This document shows positions 1 to 7,203 of a stretch of 13,796 nucleotides of DNA, piece by piece. The stretch is from an uncultured archaeon (GTDB taxonomy: Archaea > Aenigmatarchaeota > Aenigmatarchaeia > CG10238-14). The notes under the pieces are model-generated. The model saw nothing but the letters and a program-made list of their open reading frames with translations, had not been told where the DNA came from and did no database searches. The position numbers and the translations under genes were made by a program. Position 1 is the first letter of the stretch; every line of letters starts with the position of its first letter. Where the stretch lies: NCBI GenBank assembly GCA_964392445.1, contig CAYMPD010000027.1, positions 1 to 13,796 of the forward strand, in the 5' to 3' direction.

Positions 1-160
1 TTTGGCACAATTTATTTCTCTTGGGATGATTATTTAGGAATTTTGTCCCACAGTCGTATTAGATTGACCTTCTCTGTTCTTCTTTTGAGGTCTTTGAAAA
101 TAAAGGTTTAAGATACATTTTAGCCTTTTTTTTAATATCGGGAATACCAATAGTAATTAT

Positions 161-232
161 GGATAGGAAGAGAGAAGATAAACCCCACAGAGGTAATCTG
201 ATTAATTTGCGTCTTACTCTCTTACCTTATTC
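161..232 (+). promoter_or_regulatory. Long bulged hairpin in the glmS upstream region (candidate leader RNA or sRNA)
   Basis: 161-179 GGATAGGAAGAGAGAAGAT pairs with 211-232 GTCTTACTCTCTTACCTTATTC (19 bp including 2 G-U, three single-nt bulges on the 3' arm). Inner hairpin CAGA-GGTAA-TCTG at 188-200. TATA-like TTTAATA at 131-137. Confidence 0.45.
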
Positions 233-246
233 TGGCCGCCAACATC

Positions 247-266
247 TTTTTCTTTTTTCTTTTTTT
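247..266 (+). terminator. Oligo-T tract, archaeal terminator-like, immediately before the glmS RBS
   Basis: TTTTTCTTTTTTCTTTTTTT (18 of 20 nt are T), followed directly by AGGTGA. Confidence 0.35.
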
Positions 267-272
267 AGGTGA
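267..272 (+). promoter_or_regulatory. Shine-Dalgarno site of glmS
   Basis: AGGTGA ends 6 nt before the ATG at 279. Confidence 0.7.
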
Positions 273-278
273 TGATGG

Positions 279-2060
279 ATGTGTGGAATATACGGGTGTA
301 TTGGACATGATGTCACGCGACGAACTTTAGATGGATTAAAAAGACTCGAATATAGGGGTTATGATTCATGTGGTTTAGTTATCATAGATTCTGATTCTGG
401 TGAATTGAATTTATACCGAAGAGTGGGCTCCCCTTCAGAAAATAGCTTCCCTGATTTCACTGGTGATATAGCAATAGGACATACAAGATGGGCAACTCAT
501 GGTGGTGTTACTGAGTGGAATGCACATCCTCATATGGATTGTTCGGGTAGGTTAGCGGTAGTTCATAATGGTACATTGAATAATTGGGAAGAACTGAAAG
601 AAGAATTGGAGAGGGAAGACCATACATTTACTTCAGAAACAGATACTGAAGTGATAACACATTTAATTGAAAGATATGCGAGGAACCAAACTCTTGAAGT
701 TGCTTTAGAAAGAGCTATTCAGGATTTAAATGGTTCATTTGCTATTGCTGCGGTTAGTCTTGATGAACCAGATAAAATTGTTGCTGCTAGAAATTTTAAT
801 CCTTTGATTTTAGGTGTGGGAGAAAATTCTATGTATGTTTCTTCCGATATCCCTTCATTATCCGCAGATACCAGATTAATAGTTCCTCTTGAAAGAGATG
901 AGATGGCGGTTTTAAATAGAAGTTCTTATAGAATATACAGTTTAAGGGATGGTAGACAAATCCAAAGAGGCCCATTTGAAGCAGATATAAGATGGAAAGG
1001 CATTGATAAAGGAGATAAAGAAACATTTACAGAAGCAGAAATTAGTGAGCAACCAGATAGACTTCTAGATTGTCTATCAGTCACTGATGCTGAATTGAAT
1101 CCTTTAGTTGATGGGGTATTGGATTCGGAGAGATTATACATATCTGCCGCAGGAACTTCTTATTATGCAGGTCTGGTATTCAGTTATTTATTATCTATGA
1201 TAGGAATACCTTCCACACCAATTGTTTCATCTGAATTTCAACAAAGAGCAGTTATCGGTCGAAATACTACCACATTATTCCTATCTCAATCAGGTTCAAC
1301 TTCTGATACAAACAGAGCTCTAGATTATGCAGCAAAAAGGAATGGGAGAAATTTGGGTGTTGTTAATGTAATCGGTAGTGATATGGCTAGAGCAGTTGAT
1401 CATGTAGCATATACTCGGTCAGGATCAGAAATAGGTGTTGCTTCTACCAAAAATTTTCTAAATCAAGTATACCTTTTACAAAGAATATGGTTAGAACTCA
1501 GAAATAGATTAGATTTACCTACAGGCCATCTGAGAGAGGAATACTATCAAATGGGTGATCATGTAAGACAATTATTGGAAACTTATGGGAGAGATAGTGA
1601 CATTTGGGAAAGATTAATTCCAAGAATTTTATCAAAGGATCCTATAGTTTTCGGTTCTGGTATCAGTTACCCTGTTGCGTTAGAGGCCGCGCTTAAATTA
1701 AAAGAATTATCTTATCTTAATGTAAATGCTTATCCATCAGGTGAATTTAAACATGGTCCACTAGCTTTAATAGAACCAAGAGTGCCGGTAATAGGGATTA
1801 ATCCTACTGGTGATGAAAAAGTTTTTAATAGAACCAGAACTAACATGGAACAAGTTGGAGCAAGAGGAGGATATGGTATTATTGTTGGTGATTATGAACA
1901 ACCATATGATGAAATATTCTATACACCCCAAGTTCCCTATCCCCTTTCACCAATAACTTCTATCGTTCCCTTACAGCTTTTGGCTTTATACGTTTCTGAA
2001 GAATTAGGTAGGGATATTGATAAACCTCGAAATTTGGCAAAAAGTGTAACTGTAGAATAA
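279..2060 (+). CDS. glmS: Glutamine--fructose-6-phosphate aminotransferase (isomerizing)
   Basis: N-terminal MCGI (Ntn catalytic Cys), HTRWATHG, VHNG, SETDTEV, SQSGST, EFKHGP and the C-terminal signature DKPRNLAKSVTVE. Confidence 0.97.
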   Translation: MCGIYGCIGHDVTRRTLDGLKRLEYRGYDSCGLVIIDSDSGELNLYRRVGSPSENSFPDFTGDIAIGHTRWATHGGVTEWNAHPHMDCSGRLAVVHNGTLNNWEELKEELEREDHTFTSETDTEVITHLIERYARNQTLEVALERAIQDLNGSFAIAAVSLDEPDKIVAARNFNPLILGVGENSMYVSSDIPSLSADTRLIVPLERDEMAVLNRSSYRIYSLRDGRQIQRGPFEADIRWKGIDKGDKETFTEAEISEQPDRLLDCLSVTDAELNPLVDGVLDSERLYISAAGTSYYAGLVFSYLLSMIGIPSTPIVSSEFQQRAVIGRNTTTLFLSQSGSTSDTNRALDYAAKRNGRNLGVVNVIGSDMARAVDHVAYTRSGSEIGVASTKNFLNQVYLLQRIWLELRNRLDLPTGHLREEYYQMGDHVRQLLETYGRDSDIWERLIPRILSKDPIVFGSGISYPVALEAALKLKELSYLNVNAYPSGEFKHGPLALIEPRVPVIGINPTGDEKVFNRTRTNMEQVGARGGYGIIVGDYEQPYDEIFYTPQVPYPLSPITSIVPLQLLALYVSEELGRDIDKPRNLAKSVTVE

Positions 2061-2062
2061 CC

Positions 2063-3859
2063 TCACATGACTTCGGGTGTATCAATTCCAAGAAGTGTCA
2101 AACAATTTTTCATTGTTATCTGAAATGATTTTACCAATGTTAACCTGAAGTCTTTTATCTTACCTTCGGATTGAATCACAGGGCAGGTATGATAAAATGA
2201 GTTGAATGCTTCTGCAAGCTCGTAACCATAATTTACGACAAGATTTGGTTTGTATTCTTTTGCTGATCTCTCAACTACTTCTGGGAATTCTAGTAATTTT
2301 CTTAGTAGTTCTTTTTCTTCATTTTTTAATTTTTCTGTTTGGTTACGATTTTTGAAACCGTTAGATTTTTTCAGAATTTTGTTTGCTCTAACATGGGCAT
2401 ACTGGAGATAGGGGCCAGTATTACCTTCGAATTTAATTAATTCTCTTGGGTCGAATACGATATCCCTGAAAGCGTCTATTTTTAACATACCATATTTTAT
2501 CGCGCCCAATGCAATTTTCTCAGACACAAATTTTTTCTTATTTTGATCAAGATCTGGATTTCTTTTTTCAACTTCCTTTTTAACCATTTCATAAACTTTA
2601 TCCATTAATTCATCAGCTAAAATAACTTGGCCTCTTCTTGAGGACATTTTTCCTTCGGGTAGAGATATCATCCCATATCCCAGATGATAACAATTCTCTT
2701 TTTTTGTGATTCCTATTAAGTCAACTATTTGGAATAATTGTTGAAAATAAAGCTTCTGTCCCCCACCCACTACCCAGATTAATTTGGAATTAGGATAATC
2801 CTTCACTTTTTTTTCTGTTAATGCAAGATCTGCGGTGGGATATAAACTTGTTCCATCACTTCGTATAACTACTAAACCCGGCAAATCATATTTCTCTATG
2901 TTAGCGACAACAGTATTTTGATCTGATTCGAAGAAAATATTATTTCCCATATTCTCCTGAACAATTTCCTTGCCCCTCTTGTACAAATTGCTTTCGTAAT
3001 ACCACTTTTCAAAAATACAACCTTGTGATTTGTAGGTTTCTTCCCAACCTTGATAGGCCCATGAATTCATTTTTTTCCAAAGTTCTCTCACTTTCGGATT
3101 TTCATTTTCCCATTCTTGTAATAATTCTCTATTCTGTTTATCGTATCCCTCGTTTTCCTCCATTAACTGAGCAGCCCGCACATAGTAATCCATTACAAAA
3201 TGATCCGGTTTCTTTTTTACATCTTCCGGTTTTAACCACTTTTCTTGTTTATCATACCATTCATCCAACAGAAATTTCCAGTCTTTAATCTCAGAAAGGT
3301 CACCTTCTTTACCAAATTGAAGATAACCCCATAAACTTTTGCAGATATGAGATCCTCTATCATTAATCCAATTAACGGGGTGTGTTTTGAATCCTGAAAA
3401 GGTTAGGATATTGTTCACACTCATTCCAATAAAATTATTTCTAGCATGTCCTATGTGCATAGGTTTGTTTGGATTAGGTGCAGAATATTCTATTAATATA
3501 TCTTGACCTTTACCCAACTCATTTTTTCCATACTCTTCCCTTTCTTTCAATATTTCTCCTAGTAATTCTTCACTCACTTTTTCATAATCAAAGAAAAAGT
3601 TAATGTACCCATCTTTGGTTTCTATTTTTGTAACAAAGGAATCTTTTGGCAATTTTATATCTTCTAATATTTCCTCAGAAATTTTTACTGGAGATTTTCC
3701 TAGTTTGTTCGCGAGTGAAAATGGTATATTAGTTGCAATATCACCCATTTCCGAGTTAGGTGGTGTTTCTAAGGTTTCTAGGATAGGATCATATTTAAGT
3801 AAATCTGATTGGCGAAGTATTTTTTCAATTTCTTTTTTGATTTGAGTTTTGAGGTTCAT
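2063..3859 (-). CDS. argS: Arginine--tRNA ligase
   Basis: EYSAPNPNKPMHIGHARN (HIGH motif), RSDGTSLY, KMSSRRG (KMSKS-like), FEGNTGPYLQYAHVRA, FNSFYHTCPVI and LLGIDTPEVM. Confidence 0.97.
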   Translation of the reverse strand: MNLKTQIKKEIEKILRQSDLLKYDPILETLETPPNSEMGDIATNIPFSLANKLGKSPVKISEEILEDIKLPKDSFVTKIETKDGYINFFFDYEKVSEELLGEILKEREEYGKNELGKGQDILIEYSAPNPNKPMHIGHARNNFIGMSVNNILTFSGFKTHPVNWINDRGSHICKSLWGYLQFGKEGDLSEIKDWKFLLDEWYDKQEKWLKPEDVKKKPDHFVMDYYVRAAQLMEENEGYDKQNRELLQEWENENPKVRELWKKMNSWAYQGWEETYKSQGCIFEKWYYESNLYKRGKEIVQENMGNNIFFESDQNTVVANIEKYDLPGLVVIRSDGTSLYPTADLALTEKKVKDYPNSKLIWVVGGGQKLYFQQLFQIVDLIGITKKENCYHLGYGMISLPEGKMSSRRGQVILADELMDKVYEMVKKEVEKRNPDLDQNKKKFVSEKIALGAIKYGMLKIDAFRDIVFDPRELIKFEGNTGPYLQYAHVRANKILKKSNGFKNRNQTEKLKNEEKELLRKLLEFPEVVERSAKEYKPNLVVNYGYELAEAFNSFYHTCPVIQSEGKIKDFRLTLVKSFQITMKNCLTLLGIDTPEVM

Positions 3860-3916
3860 GATTATTATTATTTTTACTTACAATTATTTTAATACTCTTT
3901 TCCTTCTTGATATTTC

Positions 3917-4218
3917 TCAGTAAGATCTAATCTCCCTAAGTAATTTCCTCGCGACCTTCTCGGCTTCAGAATACCTTCTCTTTACTAAGTGAGCATTATA
4001 TTCTGCGATATGGTGTCTTAAGTTTCTTCCAAGGAAAACCCATGATAATCATCATAATTAACAAAATCCCAAACTTTAGGCATAACTATATCATCGACTA
4101 TTTTCCAAGTTCTTTTCCTCACTTTCTTCCTATCACTACCTAAAAGTTCAGGTAATTCAATTAACCTTATTACCAACCCTTCTAAATATTCAAGACTATA
4201 ATCTGTGATTTTTAACAC
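3917..4218 (-). pseudogene. Small hypothetical protein (~100 aa) interrupted by one frameshift
   Basis: The GTG-start ORF 4218-4018 stops early. The -1 frame continues as ...GRNLRHHIAEYNAHLVKRRYSEAEKVARKLLREIRSY to a stop at 3919-3917. The join lies within 4021-4048. No family recognised. Confidence 0.4.
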
Positions 4219-4585
4219 TTCTTATTTTTCAAGTAAAAAACCATTAGAAATTAATTCAAGTTATAATATTGAGAAACGAATGAAAAATTAAACCCTTCTA
4301 TACCTACTAGGGTTAAAATTAGCACTAAAAAAATCTAAAAATTGGATGTAATTCACTTTTTGTATTTTCGTCACAATATCCAACATTAATAGTGCAGATA
4401 GTATTTAAAATTCACGTCATTTATGCTGTAAAATAAGGTTTATATGTACTAAATAGGACTTAGCAAGAGAAAGATTAAAAATAGTAGAACCAAAAAAACT
4501 TTAAAGGGACTAAAAGACAAAAGAAATTGGATGGATTGCATCTGAAATAATTAATAAAAAAATTGAACTTTTGGAGGAGAGTTGA

Positions 4586-4897
4586 ATGATGAAACCTGTT
4601 ACTGTTAGATTACCAGAAGAAATGATAAAAGATGCCGACGAACTTTCAGAATTTGGAAAAACAGAAAAGTCGGTTATTTTTAGAACAGCTTTACTTAGAG
4701 GATTAGAGGAGTTAAAAAGAGAAGTAGCCATTAAACTTTTTTCAGAGGGCGATTTCACTTCAAGTGAGGCCGCAGAATTTGCAGAGGTTTCCATGGGAGA
4801 ATTTATTGAAACTATTTCAAAAAGAGGAATAAAATTTGACTTGGATGAAAAGCTGATAAAAGAGAGTATGAAATCGGCGAAAAAATTAATAAAATAA
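4586..4897 (+). CDS. UPF0175-family antitoxin-like protein with N-terminal ribbon-helix-helix
   Basis: MKPVTVRLPEE (RHH beta-strand), then AIKLFSEGDFTSSEAAEFAEVSMGEFIETISKRGI (UPF0175 HTH-like pattern). RBS GGAGGAG upstream. Confidence 0.75.
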   Translation: MMKPVTVRLPEEMIKDADELSEFGKTEKSVIFRTALLRGLEELKREVAIKLFSEGDFTSSEAAEFAEVSMGEFIETISKRGIKFDLDEKLIKESMKSAKKLIK

Positions 4898-4948
4898 ATT
4901 TTGTGGAATATATTCAGCAATAAATACACCAAATAGTACAATTATGTC

Positions 4949-5528
4949 ATGTCGATCGCAGAACAAGTGAGAATTTACATCAAAAAAAACCCTAAGTTAA
5001 AGAATCGTTAGAAAAAGGGATAGCTAATCTTTCGGCACTTTCCAGACAAATCCAAGGCGAATTAGACATAGAAAGTTTTGAAGCAGTTAAAGCAGCGCTC
5101 AGAAGATTATCAGAAGATATGAAAAAGAGGAAACATAGGAGAGAAGAAAAAGTGTTACATGTTCTCAGGGATAGTAAGATTACGATATACGACGGTGATA
5201 TAGTTTTAATAACGAAAGAACCGTTAAGGTTAACGAGAAGTTCAAAGTAAATCTGGGACAGAATTATTTTTACTTGATTGAGAAAGATGAAATTCCAAGG
5301 GGCAAGAGTGATTTTGTTAGAAAAACCGACAATTGCACTACTATTTTGATCGAGTTTCCTGATAATGTCGAAAAAGTGCCGGGTGTAGTCGCTTACATAA
5401 CTTCATTACTAGCGGAACAAGGAGTTAATATCTACGAGTTCATATCTTGTTGGAAATATACGATTATAGTAGTGAAAAGAGAGGATTCATTAAGAGCTTA
5501 TGAGGTTCTTTCTGGGGCGGTTGGATGA
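4949..5528 (+). pseudogene. Archaeal ACT-domain regulatory protein (~193 aa) split by two frameshifts
   Basis: Three frames join into one protein: 4949 MSIAEQVRIYIKKNPK, then from ~4999 KESLEKGIANLSALSRQI...EAVKAALRR, then from ~5226 KVNEKF...PGVVAYITSLLAEQGVNIYEFISCWKYTIIVV (C-terminal ACT pattern), stop at 5528. Confidence 0.75.
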
Positions 5529-5591
5529 CCTGATATTGGACGTATTCAAAAAATAACACTCGTTATTCTAAAATTACAGTTAGAAAAAAAA

Positions 5592-6824
5592 TTAAAACAA
5601 TATCCCATTAATCATCCAACTCAACCCAGCAAAGTAAAGTGTAGTACTAACCATCAAAAAACCCATATTACTAGTTCTTTTAATTCCCCAAAGCACGGGT
5701 AGTAAACCCAAACAAGTTGAGACAGCCATGATAAACACACCAACCACACCTGTAAACCACAATACCATGACCACAGTGAATCCAAGAATAATCTGGGAAG
5801 CCAATTTGTAATTGATTCTTTCTAGGAACTTCAGGCTTTTCTTACCGAGCACCCAGGTGAGAAGTACAGAAACCCCCGAAGAAAACAATATAACCCCCAC
5901 AGAAAACACAAGATGGTTAATAGTAAATTTGGGAATGATCTCATCAATAGCAGCGGCCGCACCAGACCTCACTTTACCGAAAGAATAAAGACTAACTAAA
6001 GCAAAAAAGGCGTTACCCATGTTAATCCCAGCAAGTGATCCCAAAAACTCATTCTGACCAAGTCCAGTAAATTCCGATACTAAAACTCCAGCCTGAGATT
6101 CTCCCGCACCAGGTAAAACACCAATCAACAGACCCGCAATCAACCCAGAAATAACTATTTTTGGGATATTACCTGTATCAATATTCTCACTAACAACCTG
6201 CTTAGGCAACTTCACACCTTCTTGCATACTCATTAACAACCCAGCCACACCAAACATCCCGGTTAATGTGGGAAATAACGCCCACTCAGAACTGATAACA
6301 GTCGAATTCAAACATAGAATTCCCCAAATACCGGATACCAAATAAAGAAATAATGAAAGTAATCTGTTCCTCCAAGTTTTTTCCATAAACACCATCCACC
6401 CACCAAGACCAATCAACAAGTAATGAAGATAAGGATAAACGAACTCATGAAGTATGGGTATAAACCAAAGGAGAATGGGAAGAGTAATCACACAACCAAG
6501 AACCGTAAAAAAAGCACCAACTAAACTAATAAACAAGGCCTCCATACCTTTACCCTCAAGAACCATTCTGTGACCTGGAAGAATGTTAATAACAGTACTA
6601 GGATCAGGGACAGAGAAAAATATTGCTGGAATGTAGTTAAGAAGAGTGTCACTTATCATTATATTTATGATCAGGGCTAAAATGGCTTCTGTAGGGAATC
6701 CTGAGAGGAAGGGAATAAAACTAACGACAAGGACAAAGAATTGGTTGGGATGAATACCAGGCAATATTCCCGCGATTATCCCCAATATTATTCCTATTAA
6801 AGAGAAAATTATTACATATATCAT
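5592..6824 (-). CDS. TctA-family (tripartite tricarboxylate transporter) membrane protein, archaeal type
   Basis: Polytopic. N-terminal GIIAGILPGIHPN, IPAIFFSVPD, LPGHRMVLEGKG and the internal repeat GLLIGVLPGAG. Confidence 0.8.
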   Translation of the reverse strand: MIYVIIFSLIGIILGIIAGILPGIHPNQFFVLVVSFIPFLSGFPTEAILALIINIMISDTLLNYIPAIFFSVPDPSTVINILPGHRMVLEGKGMEALFISLVGAFFTVLGCVITLPILLWFIPILHEFVYPYLHYLLIGLGGWMVFMEKTWRNRLLSLFLYLVSGIWGILCLNSTVISSEWALFPTLTGMFGVAGLLMSMQEGVKLPKQVVSENIDTGNIPKIVISGLIAGLLIGVLPGAGESQAGVLVSEFTGLGQNEFLGSLAGINMGNAFFALVSLYSFGKVRSGAAAAIDEIIPKFTINHLVFSVGVILFSSGVSVLLTWVLGKKSLKFLERINYKLASQIILGFTVVMVLWFTGVVGVFIMAVSTCLGLLPVLWGIKRTSNMGFLMVSTTLYFAGLSWMINGILF

Positions 6825-6848
6825 AGATAATTAGTTAGAATTGTTAAA

Positions 6849-6857
6849 GTTTAAATT
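6849..6857 (+). promoter_or_regulatory. TATA box of nac in the tctA/nac divergent intergenic region
   Basis: GTTTAAATT about 25 nt upstream of ATG 6880, a spacing typical of leaderless archaeal transcripts. Confidence 0.5.
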
Positions 6858-6879
6858 TACTCCCCACAAATTATCAGTC

Positions 6880-7203
6880 ATGATGCCAGGAATGGACCCT
6901 AAAAAAATGCAAGCTATGCTCAAACAGTTAGGAATGAAGATGGAGGATATTTCAGCCACACAAGTACTCATAAAAACAGATGGTGGAGACATAACAATCA
7001 ATAATCCAAAAGTTGTGAAAACAACAATGAAAGGCCAGATAGTGTATCAAGTGTCTGGTGCTGTGGATGAAGCAACTTTTAATGAAGAAGACATTCAATT
7101 AGTAATGGATCAAACAGGAATTCAAGACAAAAAGAAAATAGAAAAAGCACTCAAGGAATCAAGCGGAGAAGTAGTAGAAGCAATAATGAAACTCAAGTCT
7201 TAA
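6880..7203 (+). CDS. nac: Nascent polypeptide-associated complex protein (archaeal NAC)
   Basis: MMPGMDPKKMQAMLKQLGM, NAC beta-barrel segment (INNPKV...YQVSG) and C-terminal UBA-like EEDIQLVMDQTG...ALKESSGEVVEAIMKL. ATG 6880 is preferred over the TTG at 6841. Confidence 0.93.
   Translation: MMPGMDPKKMQAMLKQLGMKMEDISATQVLIKTDGGDITINNPKVVKTTMKGQIVYQVSGAVDEATFNEEDIQLVMDQTGIQDKKKIEKALKESSGEVVEAIMKLKS

Noticed and set aside
1-111. Possible 3' end of an upstream CDS
   Set aside because: Frame +1 is open to a TAA at 109-111, but it is short and carries no recognisable motif, so the frame and strand cannot be assigned.
130-278. Canonical glmS ribozyme or box C/D sRNA upstream of glmS
   Set aside because: No recognisable ribozyme core sequence. 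The GTGATGA at 269-275 is part of the RBS/start region, and the only nearby CTGA lies upstream of it, in the wrong order for a C/D guide.
829-3845. Short ORFs 829-1026, 926-1141, 3025-3288 and 3603-3845
   Set aside because: Antisense shadows of glmS and argS with no motifs.
4288-4320. AACCCT...AGGGTT inverted repeat
   Set aside because: Only a 6-bp stem with a long loop in AT-rich DNA; AGGGTTAAAA is equally explained as a promoter box.
4510-4941. 143-aa minus-strand ORF
   Set aside because: Antisense shadow of the UPF0175 gene; its Ser/Phe-rich composition is typical of reverse-frame translation.
4982-4995. Perfect slippery heptamer A AAA AAC in the ACT gene
   Set aside because: A -1 shift here hits TAA at 4993-4995 immediately, so it cannot explain the frame join, which must lie downstream.
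6841-6860. Guide-like AAGTTTAAA match at the nac promoter
   Set aside because: Only a 9-nt AT-rich match, preceded by GTTA rather than TGAC; expected by chance among TATA boxes.
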